From the NCBI GenBank assembly GCA_030704615.1, contig CM060733.1:75516001-75580000 (forward strand): 64,000 nucleotides of DNA, read 5' to 3'. Of the stretch, positions 1-13,179 are shown in pieces; the first letter of the stretch is position 1; each line of letters starts with the position of its first letter. Both the position numbers and the translations under genes were made by a program. The stretch is from Takakia lepidozioides. Taxonomy: Eukaryota > Plantae > Bryophyta. Below the pieces are notes generated by a model. That model worked only from the letters and a program-made list of their open reading frames with translations. It was not told the origin of the DNA and searched no databases.

Positions 1-600
1 ATTCAGCTGTTGCAACCTTGCAGGTTTGCGGAGCCCTCACATACATCTGGTGTCTTTCTCCCAAAGGCACTTGATTCACCACCACAATCGTGGTAGACGG
101 AGATGAGTCGGTTTTTAAGAGACACGCTCAACCAACTCCGAGCGGAAGATTACCCACAAAACATGTTGGAAAAATTGTGGGAGCGAGAGGAGACGACCCT
201 GCTTACTGCGACTCTTCTCGTCTCTTCCGTAAACAATACGTTTTGGAGGAAAACACAAAAGTACCTCCATGGAGGTTAGACTAGTCGCAACAAGGAAACT
301 TCTTAGAATACCTCCGGTCTGTAGACAAGCATGTACTGTACTGCTCACATCGAAAGAGACTCATCATAGAAGCGAGTAGCGTTCTTCAATCGCTAGTGGA
401 AGGGAAATTTGTGCAGCTTCACACTCAGATAGTTGGGGCTTTTTGTGACAAAGGACTGGTTATCATAAAACTTTGGTTCCTGATTTGAAGTTAGAGTTGG
501 GATAGTGAACTTTTTCCATAACAACAGCACCATGGGAAAAAGCTGTAACCGAAAGGTACTGCTTATTTGAAGTGGAGAAAAAATTGCCTACAAATGTAAT

Positions 601-3600
601 TTACCGCTTCAAAGTCAAGAGCTTGAGTGCTAGTGCTTCTTGCTCAGCCAATGACAACTTGTCCACCCTACCGCGTCCCTGCCTCTGGGCTCCCTCGCCC
701 TTGCTCCCATTCCTATCTCTTCTAGTCTCGACCACCACCGAATCCCCTTCACTGTCTTCACTGGCACTCCTCCCTACAGCCTCAACACTCTCATTTCTGC
801 TCTGTCTCAATCCCTTTCCTTGCCTATTATTCCATTTCCTGTCGGGCTCGTCTTCACCCTCACTAACACTAACATCACATGCACCCGGAGAGTCATTTGC
901 CAAACGAGCCCCTTCCTCCTCATCAGAACTCTGGGATGTGGCTCTATCTTTCCATTTCTGTTTTTGTCTTTTTTCACGCAATCGCTGCTTTTCCAACAAC
1001 CGATCCTCCCGGTCGCACTGCTTCATTTCCACCTTTAGTCGCATGAAGCGATCTCCAGCAGCTGTGGCCATCTCTTCATTCATAGCTGTACAGGCCCAAA
1101 GGCCCCAGGAAGATATCAGCACTTAATCTCACTCTCACCATTGGGATCCAGCTTGCATGGAGCAGAGCATGTGCGAGGAATTTTAAATCCCTGGTGAATC
1201 CACTTGTATTTCATATGATTCAATCCCACTGCAAATCTATGGTATTCTCAATTAAAACACACTCAAAGCTGTTGTCTCCACAAATCAAACCCTGTTAGCA
1301 CTCACACCCACACTTGATTTTCACATCTGGAATCTCCTCGCTGACATTACACATGACTACACTATTTAGAAACAATTACTTGGATGAAATGAAGGGTCTT
1401 ATGCTCTACCTGTGGAGCTGCAAAGCTCACTCCTTTCTTGGGCAAGAGCTGCGAGCGGGGGCATAACATTGCCCTCATCATCAAATACCATGCGCTGCGA
1501 TCCAGCTCTGCTAGGATCAATCTTCAGCTTCTTCTTCTTCAACACCTTCACACCTGAGCTGCTGCACAGACAAAGCAATCCCCTCTTCCTTTCAGTGATG
1601 TGCTCCATTCACATACTGTACCTATACACTAGACGAATGATTGACAGACATGTTGCACTCATACTCCACCCTCACTCTCATACTAATAAAAACCATGAAG
1701 ACTTCACGCGGTAAAGGGCAGCACCTTCACCTTTTTGTAACAACCTGGGTAGCATTTCTCTCCACCTCATCCACACTTTCCCGGGGTCTCTTCCTGGTCA
1801 GAAACTCATCCTCATAGTTATCTGGTACCAGCCCTTTCCTGCCCCCATCCTCCGATGCATCATGTGCTCTAATTTTCTCAAAAGCTGATGACAACACATT
1901 CTCATTTTTTCGATTGAACAGACGGTCAAGTTTGCTTCTTTTCTTTGGGACTTTTTCAGAGCCACCATATCCCTGCTTGATCACCGCAATCTCCTCATTG
2001 TTGTGAGCACTCTGAGCTTCAGCGTCCTGTTGGTCTGCAAATTCTGGCTCTTCATCATCATCACTGCCCCCTTCACTTGTACCCTGTTCATAAATGATAG
2101 TACATCTATGTGAGAGCCCACTAAACTCTAAGCTCGCAGTTGCGAGGTAACCAAAGATAAATGACAAAGGCAAAGGAAGAAGGCTTTTCAAGATGAAATC
2201 CATTCTCGATTGCCACCAGGTTCTCGTGGATTCTTCCGGTTTTCTCTGGGTCTTGGCATTTGCCAGTTTCTGCTTTCTTTCTGGTCTCGTCCCTCACCCT
2301 CTGGGTATGTAATCCGCCCTATGGATTCTCAGGGGTTTTATTTTTCCCCTCATCAATAAATTTAAACTGGCTATGGCCTTTAAGAAAAACAACCAATTGT
2401 ACCAGAACAAAATATCCAGAAAGTTATATACAAGAAACAATAGAAGTGGAAGGAAACCAGAAAGAAGATGTTACCACTACCCAGTGACATCAGGAGACAA
2501 GTTTCTGAGACTCAGCCAAGACATAGTTTAGCCTTCACATCACAAAGAGCTCCAGACTTAAACACACACACGCAGGCGAGACAGAACCAACAAACATAAG
2601 TCGGCTAAGGAAACACCTGACTTAAGAAATCAGTTCCAGAAGTTCCTGAAAATTACTTCACTAAAAGCTGAAGTAATTTCTTACTTCAGCTTAATTTCTT
2701 ACACCCTGCGTAAGGACATCAATTTACTCCTTAAGACCAATAGGAAGTCTCATATGAAGTTCAGTGGAAAACAGGGGGAATAAAAGGTGGTCTGCTTTCC
2801 AGCAGTCTGTGTTGTTGACAATTGCTTGACCAGTAGTGAAAGACAAGACTGGAAGTACACATGTATGTGGAAGTAATGTCAACCCCTTACCTCGTCCAAA
2901 TCTTGATTGCTTCTGTCCCCAGCGGGTTTGCTAGGCCCCTTCTTCAAGAAGCGAATGCGTGGAGTGGTGGGTAAGCCTAATGATGCTGCAAACTCAGCAT
3001 GAGGAAGAGAATTCACATCAAATATTGACTTGTCAGCCCGCTTATGTATGGAGCGGAGGTATGTGACGAAGGCACGCTGGGCCATGTACTTTAGATCTGG
3101 GTCCTTGGACAGCAGCCCAGCCAGTGCCCCTGACACCTGCTGCACCTTGCTCTTGTTGGCCTGGCACACAACGAGAATGGATCATTCTATAGAATCCCAC
3201 ATGCTATCAACAAGGTAAAAACTTGCCAGTGGAATTAAGCTAAGGTGTTGTTCTGATCTACAGCTAGATCAGGAGTTCAGATTGTGGTGGGTTCTAAGCT
3301 GGGCCAGTTGGTCCTGCCAAACAATGCACAGCCTTGACAACCTGGTGGTCACTGCAGAGTCGCTTAAGAAATTAAGATAGGATATTGGACTGCATGCACC
3401 CTTCAGAATGTTGGACACATACATGCGGCACCCCCAGATGCAGACCGACAATCTCAGCACCGCGATAACCAATGATCTGAGTCCATCCTCACACCCAGAT
3501 CTGCAACTGATCACAATAATGAGATCAATCCTTAAGATCTTCACATTTACCTACTGACCTCCTGAGCAAGGAAAAGCCTCACCAACCTAATTACAGTCAA

Positions 3601-6560
3601 TGGATATTTGGAACAACTCATCTTAAGGCACTCACCTCCTTCAGGCAGCCTGGCAAACATTATGGTGGAAGGCAGGCACAGATTCTACCTTGATCACTTT
3701 CACTGGGATCTTGGCTGCCTCAAGCCCTGCCAGCATGGGCTGCTCTGATGGTGTCAAAAAAAGCAGAGAACGGCCAGCAGCAGTGTAGCGTGCTGTACGC
3801 CCAACCCGGTGTATGTATGAAGGCACATCCTCGGGGCAGTCAACCTGTGACCCCACCACTAGTTAGACACTTCCTGACCCCTATTTCACACACGCATCTT
3901 ACCTGTCTATGTTTATGCTTGAAAAGCCTCCACAAACTCCTACATTACACAAGGGAGCTCAAAATGTTCCATGCAATATATTTCTCGTGTCAAACACGCA
4001 ACAGTAGAAGATGGCAAACCAGATACTGGATAACATAAACCATCACCATGATATCCATGATGTTGATGTTGTGTGTGTGCATTAAGGTCAGAATTGGCCT
4101 ATGTATCTTTTCTTAAGCTAATGAGTACACGTATGCATCTACATACACACATGCTTGGACCACCCTTACATTGTTTGATTCCAATACAGTACCTGAACCA
4201 CCCAGTCAACAGTTGGAAAGTCTAGGCCACGAGCAGCAACATCAGTAGCAAACAGCACAGCATGCTCGGCCTCACAAAACTTGTAGAACACTACCATACG
4301 CTGCATCTGCTTCATGCGGCCATGCAGGCACATCAGCGGTATCCCAGGCCGCAGTCGCCGGAACGCCTCGTGCACAAACTTCACCTACTCACCATGGTCC
4401 CATCCACAGCCATTTGTCCCCTCTGTCATTACTTCTAAGCTACAAAATTGAACACCATACCCAAAGCTTCCACTTAAGCCACCATACCGTTTTACCAAGG
4501 GATGAGGTACGTCTCAGAGACAGCCCTGCTACTGTAATGCCCGATCAACGAAACTAGACCCCCAAGCTAAGCACCTTCTTGAGTGAGGAGGCAGCCATCA
4601 CTGACAGACACGATAAAGAAAATGTGTAAAAGCAGTGAGCTGATTTGAACATGGTTCTCTAATCTGTGAATGGTGCTTGTCCTGTGCACCAATCCTGCAC
4701 CCTAACCGACTTGGCGCCACATTATCCCGAAATTGTATGGCCTCATGGCTGACATGGAAACCTGAACTCAACTGCGGCTAAAGGGTGAGAGATATATTAT
4801 GGCTGCATAGATCCTATGCTCATGCTGGGGCAGACAAGAATGGTAGCACTCTATGCAACAAACACAGAGCACCTGGAGACCATGAAAGTTACCCAACCTG
4901 TTTGCAACTGGAGAGAAACACAAGGGTCTTTGAGTGGAGGTGAGTCTTCACAAAGCTCCAGAGCATGTCCAACTTCTCATCCAATGAGACAACCATAGAT
5001 GTCTGCTGCAAGCGCATTGGTGTAGCAGCAGCTGACTCAGCATGCACTGCCAGGAACTCAGGGTCCTGCAAACTCAAGCGGGCCAGGTCTTGCACCGACC
5101 GTGTCTGAGTGGCAGAAAAAAGTAGTGTCTGTCTCTGTTTTGGAAGTTGTGCTATTATTGCATTCAGCGTGGCTGCAAAACCCATATCCAGAATCCGGTC
5201 TGCCTCATCCAAGACTAACACCTGCCTTCCATCATCCGATCCATAAATTTGTGTGTTTCAGAACTGGTCCATTGTAAATAACAAACATCAAACTCTGATA
5301 AGAAAGCTCAATGTTCCATTTCTTATCTAATTCAGTATAGCAGTGATTGGCTCGTGGTTACTCAGACTCAACTCAATCAATGACAACAGGATTGAGACTG
5401 TTGGTGTTCAGAACTTCGGCTTGCAATTGGGAGTTAATTGTGAGCCAAACCTTAAATATGAAGCACCAGCATACAGACTGACATTATGTCTATGCTATAC
5501 ACTGGAAAAAACCATGTCGGTCACCTGAAGCTGGGAACAGTCAAAGTTGGGGGTCTCGTCCATGTGCTGCAGCAGGCGGCCAGGTGTGCACACCAATATA
5601 TTCAGGCCTGCAGCTGTTTCTTTCTCCATCTCAACGCCTTTGCGCCCACCTATCAGCAGACCCCCACTAAGCGAGTGATGTTTCCCAACCTTCCGAAGCT
5701 CATCAAATATCTGAACAGCAAGTTCCCTGGTGGGAGAGATGATGACAGCCCCGACACCATCCATAGCACCCCACCGCATCCGAAATAATTTCTCCACAAC
5801 CTGAGCAAGACCCAATTGTCCTTCTCAATGTAAATTCCGTGCCTGCCGTATGCTGGACTCCATTGTCAATTCTTTGAAACAATCAAATTTTCAAAGGCAC
5901 ACACTATCCCGACCTACTACTCTTTATCATGGACAATCGTTACACAGATTATAGCACGGGAAGACTTTAAACGATAAAGATCAAAAAGTTGATACTCATA
6001 GAATATCTACGTACTGCAAAGAGCTCGAAAGCACATACTCGCCTCTCTCGAGTTTAATTTACCACAGTAAAATTGTTCACAATAATAGTGAACATAGCAT
6101 GCTCTCAATGCCCAAGTTCGAGAGAGAAAGAGAGAGAGAGAACCGGTATAAGGAACGCAAGCGTCTTTCCGGAGCCAGTCTTGGCGGCCCCTAGCACGTC
6201 GCGATCGCACAAAGCATGCGGCAGGGCGGCCCTCTGGATTGCCGTCATGTGCGTGTACTTACCATCCTTCAACCCCCGCTGTGTTCTATCCGAGAGAGGC
6301 AGCTGTTGAAATAGCTTGGCCCCAACATAGGGCCTCGGCCCCTCCCCATTCTCATCATCTCCTTCCGTCGCCTTTGAGAGAGAGGATGCCAAGGGATTGG
6401 TGCCAGGTGCAGGCGCGCCGGCTGCAATTCTGCTTTCCAGGAACCGAATCTCTTCCACTTCATCAGTTCTACGTCCTCTCCATTTTCCAGCCTTACCTTT
6501 CACTTCCTTTTGTGCTTTCCTTTTGCCCTGCTCCTTGGGATTCAACCTGGGTGCAGCCAT
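601..6560 (-). CDS. DDX10: DEAD-box RNA helicase DDX10/Dbp4 (plant RH32-like), 9 exons
   Basis: Motifs [38 protein letters not shown] and HRVGRTAR, plus a Dbp4-like C-terminus ([11 protein letters not shown]). Phase-consistent GT-AG exons: 6560-6144, 5800-5525, 5221-4898, 4384-4193, 3844-3689, 3160-2891, 2083-1731, 1561-1410, 1085-601. Confidence 0.93.
3270..3564. mobile_element. possible degenerate MITE in a DDX10 intron
   Basis: Imperfect inverted ends CAGGAGTTCA...TGACCTCCTG; TSD only partial. Confidence 0.3.
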
Positions 6561-6671
6561 AGCATCTCCCCCCTCCCTCTTTGCCCCCAACACTATTAGG
6601 TCGTGGCTTCTTCTTCCCTCCAAAAACCTCAGGTCGATCATCGGCGTCACAAAACCACACACAGCAAACCA

Positions 6672-6680
6672 AAACCCTAG
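6672..6680. promoter_or_regulatory. telo-box (AAACCCTAG) upstream of DDX10
   Basis: Exact motif ~110 bp upstream of the ATG; telo-boxes are typical of plant ribosome-biogenesis genes. Confidence 0.55.
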
Positions 6681-7704
6681 CGTGGCTTGGGGTAATACCT
6701 GCGTGGAGGTAACTCATGAGCGCACTACCGTACTGGAAGGGCAAGATTAGGCACAAATTAAATTATTTTTTAAAGTGCCTAAGCAAATCTGTTTTTGAGG
6801 CTGGAACAATAACATGAAAGTGCCTAATTCAATAAATATTCTCTAAACTCTATATAATTTCTACATAATGCAAAAGAAAAAAAAACTCCATAAATATTCA
6901 AAAAATATAGGCCAATTCCCTAGGTCCATACAACCTCCATAGGACCTTCCAATGAGTCCCGAACATCCTACAAATGTTCATTGTTGAATTCTTGATCACC
7001 ATTCAACTTAAATCTTCGATATGCACTCAAAACTAAATAAGCAAGAGTAAATATGCACTCATTACCTTGTGTGGTGAGTGTGTTTGGGCCAAGGTTTAGC
7101 ATGCGGGCTAAAAGCTACGCCTGACCTTGGCTTGGCCGAGGCTGAGTTCCTCCACTGGAGGTTAGGTAGTGTTTGAGCATGAGCACAAGGGCATATTCCC
7201 CGAATTTCCACGAAATTCCGTGAAATTTCCACAGCGAAATAGAATTGGCGAAACTAACAATTTTGCGAAACTAACACATAAAGAACAAGTAGCCCCTATA
7301 TCTGATGAAGATGTTACCCTATAAGCGTGGTTTTTTCTCACGTTGTGCTCACACGATTCCAGGCCCTTTTCATAACAGGCACGAGAGTGGGCAGTGAGGC
7401 CTAACCTTAAATTTAAGATCATCACCCATGAATAATTTCGCACGGCGAAACTCTGTACCAACCAGACTGAGAAGAAATCACATTGTAGCTGAAATGATGA
7501 ATATGTTACTTTTAAAAGCCCTATCCATATATGTTCTTGCAGAGCGAAACTCTTTCCCCTAACAACTAGTGCAAATGCATATTGAAATATGCATTTTGTA
7601 GTGCGAAACTTTGATCCCTGAAGAGAGGTTGGGTATCATGCAGTTAGGATGCTCACAAATATGAAAAAATATGAAAAATATTCTTGAGATACCCAGAGAA
7701 AATC

Positions 7705-8220
7705 GCACATGTTTTTTAACAAATGCACTGTCAGACAAGAATTTCGTGTTGAAAAACGTTTTTGTTATGACAAAGCAGTTCAAATCCCTCAGTCGATATC
7801 TCTCAATATTGGTTCAACAGCATGCAAGTTTGTGAACAAGAACAATGTCAGACATGAGTTTTTTGTTGAGAAACTCTTTTGTTACAAGAAAACAATTCAA
7901 TTCATTCGATTCATATCCCTCCATATTGTCTCAAAAGCATGCTGGTTTTTTAACAAATACACTGTCAGACAAGAGTTTCGTGTTAAAATACTCTTTTGTT
8001 ACGGACAAGCAGTTCAAATCCCTCAGTTCATATCCCTCCAAAAACACTTTCAGACAAGAGTTTCGTGTTGAGGAACGGATGCACATTTTTGAACAAAAAC
8101 CCTTTTAGATAGGAGTTTCGTGTTAAAAAACTCTTGTGCTACGGCAAATGAGTACAAATCCCTTACTTCATATCCCTCCATATTGTTTCAAAAGCATGGA
8201 GGTTTTTGAACAAAATTATT
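7705..8220. repeat. degenerate ~118-bp tandem repeat, about 4 copies
   Basis: Recurrent TCAGACAAGAGTTTCGTGTT...AAGCAGTTCAAATCCCTCAG units. Confidence 0.75.
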
Positions 8221-8224
8221 GTTA

Positions 8225-10540
8225 CCCTTGCACCTTCCGAGATGTTAGTCGTTCAGCTGTTGCCCAATTCTGTCGATCTTATCTTTTGATATCACCTTCC
8301 CGAAGTCCATGCTTGTCCACTGAGAATGGATGGTACACCAATAACACATGGTTCAATGTAGCAACCTCATCACCCAACACCAAAGTCCATGATGCACTGT
8401 CCAAGGGATTTACCAATTTTTTCCCATTGTGGATGAAGTCTTGATCATGAAGTCCGTAGATATCTCCCTCGTTGCACACGCGATCTGAAAACAACCATCC
8501 TTCCCAAGGGATGCAAAATCGATTTCCAGCCCCATTGGCATAGTCTTCTAACATCAATTTTCTCTTCCTACTATCTCCATCTGAAGCATGCCGAATTACA
8601 GGCCCAACCACCTCCCTCACATATTTGTCCCACAATTGCCTCACCACTTCTCATTGAGATCTCACAAAATTGTTGTCAAATCTATTGCAAGTGGGCTCGA
8701 TTACCAATATCAATCGAGGTAACCGTACATGTAAATGATTTGCTATCAACACTCTGGCGTAATGGGCGACCACATTGTTTTTTAATGCCTCCACAATATG
8801 TTTGTACCCTGATTCCCCTTCTCCCACTTGCACCACAAAATCTGAAATACATGCATGGTTGTCTTGAAGCCCACAGAACCCGAGAAGGTGTCATCCCTAG
8901 CAATCCACCGTACCAATCGCTTCACAATAGTTTCATCTTCGGCCACCATCACATGGATGCTTCCCATTTGAATACTTGCATCTTCCATCACATTTCTGTA
9001 AATTCCAACCACATGCTGAAATATATCATCCATTTCTCCCACTCTATACTTCAAACCCTTCCTCAAAGACCGTCTTGTAGTATCAATAAAAGGACCTCCC
9101 ACATTTGAAACCAAGAAATGATGCAATCTCAGACCCCCCCCCCCATAGCTGCACAGTCTCAAACATTGTTTTTGTGTTAGTACCATACCTCTTCCCTTGT
9201 GGAGATTTGTCAATATTCTTGCTCATATCAACAAGAAAGTTCCACAAACTTTCTTTTCCTTCAAAATCCCCCCTCCTATGTGCATCAACAATATCACGAC
9301 AAAATTTGAGAACATCTCCTCTTTCAATTGCATCAATCCCAGACTCCTTCAAACTCCTACATCGCACAGACAAGGATGTCACTTTGGTCCTGGCCTCGCA
9401 CAATTTGAACCGCAACTGTCTTAACTCTTGTCTGTTTTTGTAAACTTGTTTGATAATCTCGACATTTCCAAGATATGTCAGCCTTCTTCCCTTGCCAGTA
9501 TCTCTCTCCCCTCTACATTCCATGATATATCTCTCTCTATATACACTCATTCTGAAGTCATTTTCCAAGAGAATGGAAGAACATGCCAAACACCTCAAGT
9601 TTGGAAATGGCTCCCCATCCAATGACACTCTAAAACAATCCGCGTGTCGAAACGTACCAACAACCTTATGCTCTTGATTGTTTAGAATGATGGTTGCATG
9701 TGTCAACGGCTCAACATATCATTTCTTTCCTCCCTTGCTATCTTGAAGGAATGGTTTCAGACTTATTCTCTAGTGGTTGTACTCCCACCATTCATCCCAT
9801 AGGCCCCAACACAAGCTGTCTCTTCATTTGTTGCATTGGGACCTTCGCTGTAATTGTCAATCGTCAATCAGATCTCCCCATTGGGTAGTGTCAATACAAG
9901 TGTATGGAGTTTGTGATGAGGATGCTCCCATTGTTGATGCCACAATTGGATTGTCGAGTGGTGGGGACGGCAACACAGGTTGACTGACCAAGAAGGAGCT
10001 TAGATCCCATTGTTTTACATCTTTGGCAATCATGGGCTTTGGAGGCCTCCCTCTCTTTTTGCACAATCCTTCACTACTTCCAACCTTCTGGCAAATCTCC
10101 GCCTCCACATGGGTTTTTTCTTTCACTTGCTCTGTCAAAGAAGATTGCAAAGAACCTGTCCTTAGAAACAAGACTAGTCATTTCGAATCAATTGCACATT
10201 TAATCCTTATGGAACCCAACTGCAAATAGTCTTCAATTGTGGCTTCCACAATCTCAAATCTGTTTCCAGGATTATCTTCACAAAACCGAGCGACTTCCTC
10301 TAATGCCTCATTCACCCCGTTCTTCTTTGCATCTAATGCTTCCTCTGCACTTACAGGGCTGATGACACCTTTTGAGGAACCCTTCTCATGACGCCTCTCA
10401 TAGGCTATGTGATGCCTCTCACTCCTCATATGAGATCTCGTAAAGTTTGCACATGCATCATATGGTTTGTTTTTCCCAGACCGTGCATAAACATCTTCAC
10501 ACTCAACACACATTGGTTGTCCTTGTTGATCCTTTGTCAT
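8225..10540 (-). pseudogene. P-element/THAP9-like DDE transposase, frameshifted and 3'-truncated
   Basis: Ordered motifs across ORFs: N-terminal CxxC..HxxxxxH finger; AEDETIVKRLVRW..D.F.G; ASDGDSR; QDFIHNGKKLVNPL (DxxH); DRQNWATAERL (resembles the P-element DKMNVxxAxQ motif). Confidence 0.65.
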
Positions 10541-10767
10541 GAGCTCAAACTTGTCACATCGTCCTTCTGCACCTAGTTATCATTCCTGACGTGACGTGGC
10601 GCTGATATGTCGGCCGTCACGTCACGTTGAATCCGGACGTTTATCCATGTAATTTTTTTTACATTTGACTTTTACGATTTACTTCTACCCTTTGTAATGA
10701 CATGGCAGCCACGGTGTAAAACAGACGTAGCCAATTATTAATATTTATTAATTATTTAAAAAAATAT

Positions 10768-10891
10768 GTCCGCCTATATTGGTGGTCGCATATAATTTAT
10801 TATTTTTAAAATAAAAGCGACCGCCCATATTGGCGATCACTTATAATTTAATATTTTGTTAAATTAAGCGACCGCCTATATTGGCGGTCGC
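10768..10891. repeat. three palindromic repeats GCGACCGCCTATATTGGCGGTCGC in AT-rich spacers
   Basis: Copies at ~10768, 10818 and 10868; resemble subterminal repeats of a DNA transposon. Confidence 0.6.
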
Positions 10892-13060
10892 CGAGGCCAA
10901 CCTGGCAGCTGCAACTTGCCATGGCGCCGCCGTGGCATCTTGACCCTCAAATCCGAGGATCCCTCCGGCACTACACCTCCCACTATCTCCGCAGAAGATG
11001 AAATAACCTCCCCACTCTCACAAACTGTAGCTGCCAGCCTGAACACCTCAGCTGGGCTTATCCCCAGCGTCGCAATCATGGTAGCCGAGAACAATGGAGC
11101 CTGGCACACAACTATGGCCGCCCCCAACAGCACACTAGCTGTCATAGCCTTGGCAACACTAGGTAGTGGTGCTGCCCGTGTAGGTCTCCCCAATGGCATA
11201 GTAACCTCCGCCTCGGTAACAGTCGGGCGAGAACTAGGTGCCATGGATGGCGTCGACATTGTCTCCGCCAATATGAATGACCTAGGAAGCCTGGCCTGAC
11301 GGCTTGCCTCCCCACGCTGTAGATCCAACTCCACCTCCGCACCTCGTGGCTAAGGAACTCGTGCTGCTCCTCGAGTCACTGCCGCAGTTGACTCCACTTG
11401 CACTAGAGGTAGTCCTGCCCCGCACATAGTGGTAGTGGTGCCCCACCCACAGTAGTAGTGGTAGTGGCACCCCTCACTAGTGGTAGTGTTGCCCCGCACA
11501 TGAATCCCATGCCTCCCATGTTTCCTCCCTCAGGAGTAGGAGGTGGACCATCCGGCCTTGGAGCCGGTACCACCTGAGCTGTGGCCATGGCAGCGAGCCT
11601 CTGCTCTAGCTGCTGAAGCCGGTTGGCCACGCCTTGGTCAACACCCTGACCTCCACGTCTCTGGCCATGTTGAGCTTGCCCTTGGCCTGCACCTCGTGCC
11701 TGGACATCTCGTCCTCTCTGGACTGCTTCACCTCGCCTCCAGTCACCATTGTTCCCTTGGAACTGGTCTGGGCGCAACTCAGGATGCAAACCATAACACT
11801 GGGCTTCTCCATGCCCGTACTTGCCACAATGCCCATACTGCAACTGTGCAGGCTATGCCAGTGCCAAACCATTGCCTCCCTCTGGGCAATCCTTCTTGAC
11901 ATGGGGTCCTCCACATGTCCAGCACACCGGCCAGCAAATGAAGGGAGAGACCCTTGCATCTGAGGTCCTATCTGTCCTTCGCTGGGCTTCACCTGAGCCC
12001 CATTATTGCCTTGAGCACGTTGAGGTAATGGCTGGCTAGGAGCACCACTACCCTGTGGTGTCTCCTTAGCAAATCCCACCATGAACACTCGTTCCTCCAC
12101 CATGACCACTCGTTCCTCCATCATGTTGAGCTCTATCCGCTCTGCCAGCAAAAACACATTTGCTAAGGTGGGTTGGGCCGCTTGTAAGAGAGTTGCATCT
12201 CACACACTTCTCCTCAGCTCCTTGTCCAATATCCCATACCAGAATTGGACTGCCTGAGCCTTCGTAATCCCTTGGGTTACATTTATCAAGCACCTCATGG
12301 GAGTGAAAGCCTCCCTCAAGCTCTCAGTAGGCTTCCTCTGGAACTCTTGCAAGCTCCTCAACTTCTCTGTCCTCACCCCTTAGTAGTTCCTTCTCAACTC
12401 TTCGAGGAACTCCACAACAGGGTTGAAGGCAGGCACCGCCACTGGTGCTGATGCAGCAGTAGCTTGGGTGGACGTCGTAGCCTTTGTACCACTAGTCCCA
12501 CTGTTGCTCGTGGAAGCTGCCGGTGTGGCTGCTGCCCTTGTCCCTCTAGTGCATCTAGTGATGGAGATATAGTCGGGTGACCAGTACAACCTCCACTCCT
12601 CGATCTCAATATCGTGTCCCCACCTAAATTCATGGTAATCATCCATGGGCGGCCCCTCAAGGTGTTGAAACAACTCCTTCCATGCCATGAACGACGTAAA
12701 CAGTTGTGGATTGCGCATTTGCTGCAAGTCACACCAACTATCAAACTCTTGAATGAAATCATCCAACTCAATGGTGCCCACCGCCCCAGAGTACCTTCGT
12801 GGCCCCTTGGTAGCTCCATACATCTCCTCCGTTGTGTCCTACAACAATGGCAAGAGGTGGCCTAAACCAAACACCTCGTCTCGTGTACCTGCTAGTACCG
12901 CTAGTGCTCGTACCGGCACTTTCCCCAGCAACTAGTGACACCTCCGTGTTGACAAACTGACACTCAACCGGTCATGAACCTGTCTCTAATCCCCTCTCCA
13001 CAAGGTATCCGAGTAGAGAACCTGATAAGGCTTATGGTTTGGAATACTAGGTTCCTAACA
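10892..13060 (-). mobile_element. Ty3/gypsy LTR retrotransposon fragment (degenerate gag with zinc knuckle)
   Basis: Retrotransposon gag-like RYSG...LDDFIQEFDSWCD; CCHC knuckle xGHCGKYGHGEAQC..LHPELRP; several frameshifts; TG start at 13060. Confidence 0.75.
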
Positions 13061-13179
13061 TAGCCTGCACCTGCACCTGCATCCACCGCAGACACTCCCA
13101 TGGTCTTTCAGCACTGTTGTTTATGTTTTAGCACATTGTGAAATTGGGCTATTTTGACATTTTGCTCGGTATCCTCACA

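Noticed and set aside
572-1126. 184-aa + strand ORF (similarly 29753-30352 and 45641-46538)
   Set aside because: Antisense shadows of real minus-strand exons.
13023-13060. 38-bp mini-LTR TGTTAGG..CCTTATCA
   Set aside because: Too short, with no canonical PBS or second copy; possibly a deleted LTR, but unprovable here.
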